A stretch of DNA of 64,000 nt from Promethearchaeati archaeon (GTDB lineage Archaea; Asgardarchaeota; Heimdallarchaeia; Heimdallarchaeales; Heimdallarchaeaceae): NCBI GenBank assembly GCA_013166775.1, contig JABLTJ010000010.1, forward strand, positions 32,746 through 96,745. Direction: 5' to 3'. The notes beneath the pieces are model-generated. The model worked only from the letters and a program-made list of their open reading frames with translations. It was not told where the DNA came from and did no database searches. Both the position numbers and the translations under genes were made by a program. This document shows positions 48,413 to 57,793 of the stretch, piece after piece (the first letter of the stretch is position 1; the number at the start of each line of letters is the position of its first letter).

Positions 48413-49054
48413 TTGATAGAGACGAGTGAAGTGGACGAGTTATACCAGCTGATATACGGATTTATACAAAGCGCAATTCAACTGAAAAAGTTACCAAGAC
48501 AAGGGTGGATCAGAGTTGGTATTCCTCTCTCAGATGTAGAAAGCATTGCGGATCATGCCTATAATACTGCTATGTTATCTTTGTTATTAAGTGACCTACA
48601 CAATGCAATTCATCCTGAAAAAGAACTCAATACAGAACTAGTTATGAGAATTGCTATTATTCATGATCTTCCTGAATGTAAGTATCAAGATTTTGACAGA
48701 CAACTTGCAATCCTCCTAGGTAAAGATAAGTATCAAGAATTCAAAAATCAAGTTCTAACTTCAGCTAGTACTGAACTTCTCTCTCTAATAACTAATGAAG
48801 ATGTAAAGAACAGATGGAAAGAGATGTTTGATGATTTACAAAATAAAGAATCAATTGAATCGAAATTTGTTTCTTTTGTTGATAAATTAGAAGTTTTAAT
48901 CCAAGCTCTGTCGTATGAGTCATTAGGGTACCATTCTGTTTTATTCGATGATTTCTGGAAAACATCAAAAGAATACTTAGATAGTTGTGATTTTGATGTT
49001 ATCAACGAACTTGTTCCTATTCTTGAGGAAGAAAGGGCAAGATTAGATGACTAG
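48413..49054 (+). CDS. HD-domain 5'-deoxynucleotidase (YfbR/HDDC2-like)
   Basis: LKKLPRQGW, ESIADH, IHDLPE, DKLE. Confidence 0.88.
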   Translation: MIETSEVDELYQLIYGFIQSAIQLKKLPRQGWIRVGIPLSDVESIADHAYNTAMLSLLLSDLHNAIHPEKELNTELVMRIAIIHDLPECKYQDFDRQLAILLGKDKYQEFKNQVLTSASTELLSLITNEDVKNRWKEMFDDLQNKESIESKFVSFVDKLEVLIQALSYESLGYHSVLFDDFWKTSKEYLDSCDFDVINELVPILEEERARLDD

Positions 49055-49188
49055 AATAAATCTTCTAGGTTTTTGAACACTCTTTTGTTATAGAACTATG
49101 AGTCAGTTTAAAACTGATAAGACCAGATAATATTTGAGCAGAATTGTTCAATTAGAAAGCAACTTAACAATGCTAACATTGAGACTGG

Positions 49189-50379
49189 GTGGTTCAAATC
49201 AGTACAGAAGAGAAATATCATGAGTTAGAAATTTCACCATTTCATGTTCCTTTTCTTAGAGATTTGGGCATCAAAGTAGTCTCCATAATAATGTTTGATA
49301 TAATCTATGGTCCTGTTTGTTTTCTAAAAGAATTGTCTCGATCTAATTTTGGCGATAAACTGAAAGATGTGAGTTCTCTAAGTGAAATATATACAGGTTT
49401 TGCAAGAACAAATGCTGATGTAATTACAAGCTTAGATGAACGCATCGTGCTTGGAAGATTTACTACATTTCAAGATGAAGTAGAAAACATAGTCGTTTTG
49501 CTCTTTGTTTGTGTTCCAACAGCTGATTTAGACAAACTAACTAAATATGCAAGATCACTCTCCGAAAGGACTCAAGGTGATTCCAAAATCTTTGATGAAG
49601 CTTTGAAACATCTAATCGATTCCGAAAAAGCTGAATCAGTGAAAATTCCTTATTCTGCTAGAGTAGGTAATGTAACTAAAGGACTTTCAATAGATGACAA
49701 TTCTGTAATAACTGGAACAGAGTTTAATAATTTTTACGGATTTATATTTATCCAATATCATAAAGGGACTATTGATGGCAGATTCTTTCCAAAGATTATT
49801 GTGGAGAAAAAAATGGATCTCTCCCATTTATTCAAATTTATTGATACACAGAAAAGCGAAGCTGAATTAAAGGAAGGGGATCTAATAAGTCTATACTATA
49901 AAGGATTAGAGCTTCTAGTTTACAAACACAAAGAAAAAGAAGCGATAATGATTGGAGCAAAAAAACCTCATAGTAAGATTAACTATTCATATATTGATGA
50001 CTGGTTTACCTATCTTTTTAATTCTTATATCAATGTAGCAGGTGAAACGAAAACAATTTCTACACAAGAAGCAATCTTATACTTGGACAAAAACATTTCA
50101 AGACAACCAAAAAAGCATATAATTTCAGAACTTGTTGATTTAATAATTCATGCAGAAGAAGATCACCCTGAATTATCTGAACGTCCGGAAAATATCCAAC
50201 AAAAAGGATGGATTACTCTTGATAGGAATTTCCAATTGTTTTCAGAAAATTTGAATTTATTCAAAGGTGGTAACTCAATCTATGCTATAGGTCAGAATCT
50301 TTCAGTTCCAGTATCATCAGTAGTGGAATTTGTTATATTTCTTAAATCAAGAAGACTTGTTGATGTATATAGAAAATAG
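49189..50379 (+). CDS. uDENN/longin + C-terminal winged-helix protein (NPRL2-like)
   Basis: IIMFDIIYGP (FD..GP uDENN motif); a second longin-like unit; C-terminal FKGGNSIYAIGQNLSVPVSSVVEFVIFLKSRRLV. Confidence 0.6.
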   Translation: MVQISTEEKYHELEISPFHVPFLRDLGIKVVSIIMFDIIYGPVCFLKELSRSNFGDKLKDVSSLSEIYTGFARTNADVITSLDERIVLGRFTTFQDEVENIVVLLFVCVPTADLDKLTKYARSLSERTQGDSKIFDEALKHLIDSEKAESVKIPYSARVGNVTKGLSIDDNSVITGTEFNNFYGFIFIQYHKGTIDGRFFPKIIVEKKMDLSHLFKFIDTQKSEAELKEGDLISLYYKGLELLVYKHKEKEAIMIGAKKPHSKINYSYIDDWFTYLFNSYINVAGETKTISTQEAILYLDKNISRQPKKHIISELVDLIIHAEEDHPELSERPENIQQKGWITLDRNFQLFSENLNLFKGGNSIYAIGQNLSVPVSSVVEFVIFLKSRRLVDVYRK

Positions 50380-50427
50380 CTCAAAACATATTTTCCCTAT
50401 TTCTTTTCTTACCAGTTTAGTAAAACC

Positions 50428-51513
50428 ATGCGAAAAACTATAAGAAATATTAAATTTGATAGCTGTAATATTTTATTATACGCAGTAAAAGCGAAGAATC
50501 GGTGTTATAAATTGAGTAAATTTTCTCTTTCAATAGATTCAACAGAAGAAAAAGTAAAAGACAACCTTGATATGCTAATGAAACTTTCAACTGTGAAAGC
50601 TTCGAAGATGCTGAGAGAACTAGGTGTATTTGAGATTCTAAATAGACCTAGATCTCCTGAAGAGATTTTTCATATGTTAAATTTCAACACATTAGAGGAT
50701 GAGTTTTTCTGTATATTTGATTTATTGGTAAATCAAGAACTAATAACTAAACAAGGAGAATTTTATGCAGATTCCCCTCGTCGAAAATATCTAGAAGAAA
50801 CTCTGGAAACAGAAGTAGAACAAGCTAAAGAAATTGTTCACAAACCATTCAATGCTCTTCTTGATAAATCAGTTCAGAAGTACAAAGCAATACTAAAGGG
50901 AGAACAAGGAAAACTGGATGATAGTAATTTAATTTTAACATTAGATTCACTCTATGGATCTGAATTCTTCTTCCATTTTCGTGATGTGTTTTACACTAAT
51001 TTATCTCAAAGATTACCTTTGTTTGATGCAAAAGATACATTAACGATTCTAAATTGGGGTGGTGGATCAGGTTATGATGCACTTCATCTAGCTAATCATT
51101 TCAAGAATAACGTTATGGTTTTAAGTGTTGAACCCCCAAATTCACTCTATAGATGCAAAGTTATTCAAGATCTTTATGAGGTTTATAATGTTGAATTCCT
51201 TGAGAAAGAAGGATTAGAAATAGAAATGTTAAAAGATTGTGTGGATATTTTTATGGGATCTTCATTTGTATTCAAGGATCACATGAAAGATTACATTAAC
51301 TTAATTCAAACCACTCTAAGTCAAGAAGGTTATCTTACTCTAGCTTTCATTCCTCAACTGAATCTTTCTTTGGATTGGGTGATGAGCATTCATGAACAAT
51401 ATGAATACAATTTGATTAAAGATGATTATCTAGCAAAACTTAGACATTATGGACTATCAAGAACAAAATACATAGGAATGGATAATGGTTTTGTTAGTCT
51501 TCAAAAATCTTAA
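50428..51513 (+). CDS. class I SAM-methyltransferase-like protein with N-terminal wHTH/dimerisation domain
   Basis: ELGVFEIL..PRS.EEI; ILNWGGGSG; likely start at TTG 50512. Confidence 0.7.
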   Translation: MRKTIRNIKFDSCNILLYAVKAKNRCYKLSKFSLSIDSTEEKVKDNLDMLMKLSTVKASKMLRELGVFEILNRPRSPEEIFHMLNFNTLEDEFFCIFDLLVNQELITKQGEFYADSPRRKYLEETLETEVEQAKEIVHKPFNALLDKSVQKYKAILKGEQGKLDDSNLILTLDSLYGSEFFFHFRDVFYTNLSQRLPLFDAKDTLTILNWGGGSGYDALHLANHFKNNVMVLSVEPPNSLYRCKVIQDLYEVYNVEFLEKEGLEIEMLKDCVDIFMGSSFVFKDHMKDYINLIQTTLSQEGYLTLAFIPQLNLSLDWVMSIHEQYEYNLIKDDYLAKLRHYGLSRTKYIGMDNGFVSLQKS

Positions 51514-51533
51514 AATAAAAAAGAGGGAGAAAA

Positions 51534-52676
51534 TTAGTTCTTCTTTTCAATTTGCAGTTCCGATTTTTTAGCAAGCTCTGGAACAATTTGTAAGAATGGA
51601 AGTATAGCATTTGCAATTGTAGAAAATGCGTCATCTTTATTGCCAGTTACAATCATCTTATCAATTTCCAGATTTTGGTATATTTCAGGAAGCTTTTCAA
51701 TAATCATCTCCTGGAATAAACGTGTATCTGCTTTTGCTAGAGCTTCAATTCTTCTCAGAATACCTTCTGCTTCTGCCATTTTAGCTTCTCTAATTGCTGC
51801 AGCGTCTCCTCTTGCTCTAGCTACCATCTCGAATTGTTTAGCATCTGCAAGTTTTTTAATTTGCTCAGCATTTGCATCGGCTTCAATTTCAACTTTAGTC
51901 TGATATGTATGGGCTTCTACTTCAGTTCTTTTTCTCTCTAATTCTTGAACCTTTATCTCCTTATCTTTCTCCTTTGATTCAATATCCAATTCTACTTCTT
52001 GTGTTTCAATGCCTACTTTTCTGCTTACTTCTAAATCTCTTAATTGAGTGATTTCTTGCATCTCTGCGCTTTTAAGTCGAGCTAATTTCTCTTGTTCGAT
52101 TTTCATAATTGCTGAGACATTAGATTTAAGGTTTGGATCTATAATCTCAATATCTCTAATCTCACAACTTTCTATAATTAGTCCCCAGTCAGCAGTTAAG
52201 GCGTGGAGTTCCTTAGTTACAGCTTCAATTATTGCTTGTCTGTCTCGAATGATCTTTTCTAAAGCCATGTTAGCACAAGTTGTACGAATGATACTTTCAG
52301 CAGCGTTTCTAATGATGTTCTCAACATAAGCTACTGATGACTTGTCCCAAGATGTTCTAGAAAAAGCAACTTCAGGATCAATTACTCTCCAGAATACAAA
52401 TGCAGTAACTGATATCTCTTGAAATTCTCTAGATAGCACTTTCTCCTTTGCTTCCAAGAAGGTAGAATTCGTTGTTACTGGTATGACTCTTACTTCATCT
52501 ATCAGTGGCATAACAACTGCCTTTCCACCTATCCCAGCTTTGATAACCTTCCCATTTCTAAAATGAATCATATATGTATCTGATGTAAACTTCCTATATC
52601 TGGAAGCATAAAAGAGTAGGAATAAAACCGCTACGATAACTACTCCAACGGGGATCCAAACTAATGCATTAACCAT
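51534..52676 (-). CDS. SPFH/flotillin family protein
   Basis: N-terminal TM, SPFH domain (VFWRVIDP, WGLIIESCEIRDI), AEA-rich coiled coil. Confidence 0.9.
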   Translation of the reverse strand: MVNALVWIPVGVVIVAVLFLLFYASRYRKFTSDTYMIHFRNGKVIKAGIGGKAVVMPLIDEVRVIPVTTNSTFLEAKEKVLSREFQEISVTAFVFWRVIDPEVAFSRTSWDKSSVAYVENIIRNAAESIIRTTCANMALEKIIRDRQAIIEAVTKELHALTADWGLIIESCEIRDIEIIDPNLKSNVSAIMKIEQEKLARLKSAEMQEITQLRDLEVSRKVGIETQEVELDIESKEKDKEIKVQELERKRTEVEAHTYQTKVEIEADANAEQIKKLADAKQFEMVARARGDAAAIREAKMAEAEGILRRIEALAKADTRLFQEMIIEKLPEIYQNLEIDKMIVTGNKDDAFSTIANAILPFLQIVPELAKKSELQIEKKN

Positions 52677-52826
52677 CTTTTTTCAATACCCTCATTTCTG
52701 TGGTGTTTAAATTCTAGTAATGGGGGCTTTTTAAGGTATCTAAACAAAGATAGTGGGATTAGGTTTTTGGATTACAGATATCACTTTAGAAATTTTATTT
52801 TATTTATTGGTTTACTACTCTGCGAA

Positions 52827-53492
52827 ATGAAGACTATACAAAAACCATTCACGTACTTAATCATCGTTATACTTTGTATGAGTCAGACATTCTCTCAAAA
52901 TAAACTTAATAATAACGAGAATGAACAACCTTCTTCAATTTATCAAATACGGACTTGTTCCAAAGATAAGAATTTAGGATTTCTCCTAAATAATCTAACA
53001 GAGCATGAAAGTATAATTATTAAAAACAATGATGATTTCATCCTTCAAGGATTCCCCAGAAATGGGACAAGTAATAATCCTTATAGAATTGAAAATCTTA
53101 ACTTGACTTCTGAACATCTAACAGTATATGATTAGGGAATTGATATCTCTAACACTTCAAAATACTTTATCATTCAGAATAATTTTATTTATAAATATCA
53201 CGGAAGAATAATAATAGAAGATATTTTTCAAAGCACATGTAACATAACTAACACTGTAATAAGACGAAGTATTGGTTCTGGGATCCGTGTTTATAATTCT
53301 TCTGAACTGTTTTTATCTAACAATACGATAGAATTACTTGGTCAACGAGGAACTGGAATTTATCTAGATTCTTCTCCTTTTTGCACATTGGATAACAACA
53401 GCTGTTCAACAGGATGGAGTGGAATCTATATCTGTAGTTTTTCTAGCAACTGGATTAGCTTTCTATTTTCGAAAAAAATACCTCTATGTTGA
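52827..53492 (+). pseudogene. truncated secreted NosD-like right-handed beta-helix protein with an in-frame TAG (53133-53135)
   Basis: Signal-like N-terminus; IIIKNNDDF..GFPRNGTSNNPYRIENL; continues in frame after TAG as GIDISNTSKYFIIQNN...GIRVYNSS...GIYLDSS. Confidence 0.7.
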
Positions 53493-54290
53493 ATCAACTA
53501 AATAAACTCGGTTCTTTACTGCTACGATTCTTACTTTTTCTTCTCTTTTGAATCTTTTGTGATAATCAAAGCTTTTCGCAGGAAATTTCTGAACTCCATG
53601 ACCTTCTCCTAAATCTACGTGAATTAATCCACCTTGGTTGTCAACTGGAACATAAACAGTCCCTATCTTACCAACTAATTGTACTCCTCTAATTATCGGT
53701 TTTACAGTTGTTTTGGAAATTCTTCTCCAGATGTGTGTAATTACTAAAGCAAGAAGATAGGGAGAGAAAATCACTACAATAATTCTAAAAATCCGAATTC
53801 CAATACTTGATGATGGGACTTGGAGAGTTGAGATTCCTAGAATGCCAAACATAAGAAAATATGTTGATAGTAAAAGAAAAATGGGTGCTGATGTGTGAGT
53901 TGTATCTTTAAATCCATCAGGATGAATTTCAGAAAGATCTTTATCGATTGAAATATCTTTGTCTATTATACTTACATCATGGTCTACTGCAATATCATGG
54001 TCTACTGCAATATCATGGTCTACTGCAATGTCATGGTCTACTGCAATGTCATGGTCTACTGCAATGTCATGGTCTACTGCAATGTCATGGTCTACTGCAC
54101 TGACATCGTGATCTCCAGTTCCTATGTCATGAGCTGCTACATCATGATCCCCTATTCCCAAAGCATGAGTAAAACTCTCAAAATTCAGAATTACAGAAAG
54201 TACAACTAAAATACCACCTGAAATCAACAAACCTATTGCAATATACCATAAAGCATTTTCAAAATTTAGGAGTATACTATCAAACGACAT
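53484..54290 (-). CDS. NfeD-like (YuaF/YqiJ-type) flotillin partner with His/Asp-rich repeat loop
   Basis: 3 TM, APIF..L..F..FG..G, C-terminal OB fold LVGKIGTVYVPV...G.I...KVRIV. Confidence 0.78.
   Translation of the reverse strand: MSFDSILLNFENALWYIAIGLLISGGILVVLSVILNFESFTHALGIGDHDVAAHDIGTGDHDVSAVDHDIAVDHDIAVDHDIAVDHDIAVDHDIAVDHDIAVDHDVSIIDKDISIDKDLSEIHPDGFKDTTHTSAPIFLLLSTYFLMFGILGISTLQVPSSSIGIRIFRIIVVIFSPYLLALVITHIWRRISKTTVKPIIRGVQLVGKIGTVYVPVDNQGGLIHVDLGEGHGVQKFPAKSFDYHKRFKREEKVRIVAVKNRVYLVDST
53977..54099. repeat. 18-bp tandem repeat, ~6.8 copies (TCATGGTCTACTGCAATR), encoding (DHDIAV)n on the minus strand
   Basis: Units start at 53977, 53995, 54013, 54031, 54049, 54067 and 54085. Confidence 0.95.
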
Positions 54291-54389
54291 TGCCCAACAC
54301 TCTTACAACTCTTTCAAGTAAAAATTGTACATTCAGTCTTAAAAATATATAGAAATCAAAATTATTCACAATTATGTGAAGAAATAGAT

Positions 54390-55874
54390 TTGACTAGGAT
54401 TAGAAATAAGCTTAAATTTATCAAATGTATACTCTTCATGATAGCTTTGATGGATAAAAACGATGAAGACTTAACATTCTTTGTAGAAGAGTTAAGAAAT
54501 TCAGGAATTGAAGCAACTATTCATCTGATTGATAATTCAATTCTAGACAAGATAGATTACAGAATACAAGCAAAAATTAATGCCATCAAAGAAATTTCAA
54601 AAAACCTGAACTGTTCTATTGGTATTGTTGGAGGTTTTGTTAGAGATTTGCTTTTAGAGAATCCAAGCCAAGACGTGGATTTCATAATACTCAAAGGCGA
54701 TATGCAGGATTTAACTCAAGCTATCTCAAAAGAAATGGAGGGGAAGGTAGGGAAAATGAGTAATCAAACATTAACTACTCAAATCAGATTCCCAGATGGC
54801 ACGGTGTTTGAGTTTAATGAGACTAGAAAAGAGGAATATGAATACCCTTCTAGAGTGCCAAAAGTGGAAAAAGCTTCCTTACTTGAAGATTTGAGTAGAA
54901 GGGATTTCACCATTAACACCTTCGTCTTGTTTGGTAACAAGTATATCGACGTATTTGATGGAAAAAAGGATTTAGAAAATAGGCTATTACAAACTACCAG
55001 AGAACCTTCTATAGTTTTCAATGAAGATTATTTAAGAATGATTAGAGCAATTAGATTTGCCTCAAAACTTGATTTTACAATTACTGATCAAGTTATTGAT
55101 GGAATTAAGAAACATGCAGATAATCTAGCTGAAGTGCCACATGAAAGAATTCTAAATGAACTTAAAATTTCCTTTGGATTCGATCCCACAAAAACATTCA
55201 ATTTAATGAAACACTTAGGGATTCTTGTTGCACTCTTTCCAGAAATTCCAGATATTGATCTTGAAAAAAATGAATTTCATTCATCTAGCTCATGGGAAAA
55301 AATAGCGAGTAAATTTGAATACTTGAAAGAACGAAATATTAAAGATAGCTCAGTTTTGCTTTCCGTGATTTTTATGGAGTTACAGGTGGAGGATTCTTTT
55401 CTATATAATGAAAAACGACTTGAGCTTATTAGGGTAGAAGAAATAAAACGGTTGCTTAAACGATTTACTTTTTCCAACAAGGAGATTAATGAGATTACCC
55501 TATATGTGAAATATAAAGATTCAATAGAAAATTTACTAGATTTCCAATCTTCAACCCTGGAAATGCGGTTATTCCTAAGATCTGTAGATCCCTTCCTAGA
55601 AAACTTGATTCATCTTACTTTAGCTGAGAATAGTACAAAAAGAAATCCAATTGAGTTATTCTCTTTTGTTGGTAAATTAAGAGAAATGAATAGTAAAAAA
55701 GAATTGGTTCATGTAGTACCAAAACTTGATGGAAATGAAATAGAAAAACATTTTGGCTTCAAAGACAGGGAAATTGGAGAAATAAAATTAATTCTTACAG
55801 TTGCTATAATGAAAGAAGAGATACCCAACACTAAAGAAGCTTGCATTGAGTATATCAAAAGGAAGTTGGTTTAG
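54390..55874 (+). CDS. cca: class II CCA tRNA nucleotidyltransferase (bacterial/eukaryotic type)
   Basis: VGGFVRDLLL..DVDF, RKEEY, EDLSRRDFTIN, EDYLRMIRAIRF, ERI..EL; start probably ~54450. Confidence 0.88.
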   Translation: MTRIRNKLKFIKCILFMIALMDKNDEDLTFFVEELRNSGIEATIHLIDNSILDKIDYRIQAKINAIKEISKNLNCSIGIVGGFVRDLLLENPSQDVDFIILKGDMQDLTQAISKEMEGKVGKMSNQTLTTQIRFPDGTVFEFNETRKEEYEYPSRVPKVEKASLLEDLSRRDFTINTFVLFGNKYIDVFDGKKDLENRLLQTTREPSIVFNEDYLRMIRAIRFASKLDFTITDQVIDGIKKHADNLAEVPHERILNELKISFGFDPTKTFNLMKHLGILVALFPEIPDIDLEKNEFHSSSSWEKIASKFEYLKERNIKDSSVLLSVIFMELQVEDSFLYNEKRLELIRVEEIKRLLKRFTFSNKEINEITLYVKYKDSIENLLDFQSSTLEMRLFLRSVDPFLENLIHLTLAENSTKRNPIELFSFVGKLREMNSKKELVHVVPKLDGNEIEKHFGFKDREIGEIKLILTVAIMKEEIPNTKEACIEYIKRKLV

Positions 55875-55932
55875 TGGTTTGTTTTATTTCATTTAGTTAT
55901 ATGAAAAGTTTGATAAAACATCTAAATTCCTT

Positions 55933-57789
55933 ATGTCTATGGAATCTAATGAAAATATATTGAATTTTGAAAGGTTTCTAGCAATAAATACAACAGGTGG
56001 AGCAAGATGGCACCCAGACAAAAAGAAAATTGTATTCATTAATGATGCTCCGGGTAATTATCAAATATTTTCCACAGAGATTAAGAGAGAAGAAGTTATC
56101 ACTCCAACACAATTAACAAAAGCCAAGAACAGGAGTACTGATCCAAGATACTTGAAGGATGGTACGATTATATTTCAAAGAGATGAGGGAGGAAATGAAA
56201 ACTTTCAGATTTATCTATTAGATGAAATGCAAAACGAATATCAAATTACTAATGATTTGAAAGCTAAGCATATTATAACATATTCATCTGAAAACTATCT
56301 TTATTTTAGAGCAAATATCGAAAACAAAGCTCGTTTTGATGTTTTTAGAGTAAAAATTCCAATCAAGGAAAACACATTTGAAAAAATCTATGAACCGAAA
56401 GAAGGCATTCCTTTTGCAGTATTTTCTGATGATGATAAACGAGTCATTGTGCAATTAGCATATGGAAATATGCATCAAGAAATAATGTTGATAGACACAA
56501 AAATAAAAACAGAAACAAGCCTTACATTTCCAATTTCACAAGAAGAAAAAGTTAGATGGAATGCAATAAGATGGATAGATGATAATAACCTACTTGTTGG
56601 CACTGATTATAAAAGTGATTTAAGACATCTAGGAATTATTTCGCTTAATGGAAACTTTATTCCAATTAATGATATTGAAGATAAATATGAATTATCTTTA
56701 GTTACATGGTCAAAAGAATCACCTTTTACTTTTGTAGGATTCAATGCGGATGGATATAGTGCTCTTTACAGAACAAGAATTGATCCATCAGGAGTAGCGG
56801 AAAGTGATAAAATAACTCTACCTTTTAATGGCGTAATATCCTCTGGAGATACGAGATCTTTCACTCAAGCAATGGCTTTGTCCAATGATACTAATCTTCT
56901 TGCAATAACTATGACTTCATCAAACAATCCTTTTGATATCTGGATTTTAGATATTGAGAGTAACAAGTTCTGGAATGCAACAAAAAGTGATACAGCAGGA
57001 ATTGATAGGGATTCTTTTATTGATTCTACACTTAGCCGTTTTGGAAGTTTTGATGGTTTGAAGGTTCCTTATTTTAAACATGTCCCCCTTGGAGAAAAAC
57101 CTGGAAATGGTTGGCCTACTATTCTATTAATTCATGGAGGTCCTGAAGCTCAATTTGTTCCTTCATTTAATCCTGTTATACAGTTTTTTCTATCTGCTGG
57201 TTATTCTATAATTGCACCTAATATTAGAGGAAGTGCAGGTTATGGGCGTAAATATCTTGATTTGGATAATAAAGAAAAACGATTAGATTCAATAATGGAT
57301 ATCAAACATCTCACACTTCATTTGAAGAATGAACCGGATATAGATAGTGAAAAATTAATAATCTATGGGGGAAGTTATGGTGGTTTTGCTGTTTTATCAG
57401 CAATGACAGAGCATCCCGAGATTTGGGCTGCAGGGATTGATATTGTAGGAATATCAAACTTTGTAACTTTTCTGCAAAACACAGCTCCATGGAGAAGAAA
57501 ACTAAGGGAAGTAGAATATGGTAGTCTAGAGGAAGACATGGAGATGCTTAAATCAATTAGTCCCATTCACAAAGTGGACAATATCTCTTCTCCTCTCTTT
57601 ATAATTCACGGCGACAATGATGAAAGAGTTCCTTTATCAGAAGCTATTCAAATTCACAAGATATTGAAGGAGAAGGGATTAAACGTAGAACTTCTTAGAT
57701 TTGATGATGAAGGACATGGAGTAACTAAACTCAGAAATAAAGTTAAAGCATATTCCAAAATTGTTGAGTGGTTAAGTACAGTTGTATAG
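55933..57789 (+). CDS. S9 family peptidase (acylaminoacyl/prolyl oligopeptidase)
   Basis: Beta-propeller, HGGPE, GGSYGG, HGDNDERV, DEGHG. Confidence 0.93.
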   Translation: MSMESNENILNFERFLAINTTGGARWHPDKKKIVFINDAPGNYQIFSTEIKREEVITPTQLTKAKNRSTDPRYLKDGTIIFQRDEGGNENFQIYLLDEMQNEYQITNDLKAKHIITYSSENYLYFRANIENKARFDVFRVKIPIKENTFEKIYEPKEGIPFAVFSDDDKRVIVQLAYGNMHQEIMLIDTKIKTETSLTFPISQEEKVRWNAIRWIDDNNLLVGTDYKSDLRHLGIISLNGNFIPINDIEDKYELSLVTWSKESPFTFVGFNADGYSALYRTRIDPSGVAESDKITLPFNGVISSGDTRSFTQAMALSNDTNLLAITMTSSNNPFDIWILDIESNKFWNATKSDTAGIDRDSFIDSTLSRFGSFDGLKVPYFKHVPLGEKPGNGWPTILLIHGGPEAQFVPSFNPVIQFFLSAGYSIIAPNIRGSAGYGRKYLDLDNKEKRLDSIMDIKHLTLHLKNEPDIDSEKLIIYGGSYGGFAVLSAMTEHPEIWAAGIDIVGISNFVTFLQNTAPWRRKLREVEYGSLEEDMEMLKSISPIHKVDNISSPLFIIHGDNDERVPLSEAIQIHKILKEKGLNVELLRFDDEGHGVTKLRNKVKAYSKIVEWLSTVV

Positions 57790-57793
57790 TGAA

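Noticed and set aside
4731-53135. TAG read-through (pyrrolysine or recoding) suggested by in-frame TAGs at 4731 and 53133
   Set aside because: Many intact genes end in TAG (e.g. 1624, 7121, 17078, 23863), comparable lesions are TAA or indels, and no pyl genes or tRNA are seen.
53977-54099. CRISPR array
   Set aside because: Head-to-tail repeats without spacers, in frame within a CDS; no cas genes.
53979-54209. + strand ORF (MVYCNV)n
   Set aside because: Antisense shadow of the 18-bp repeat.
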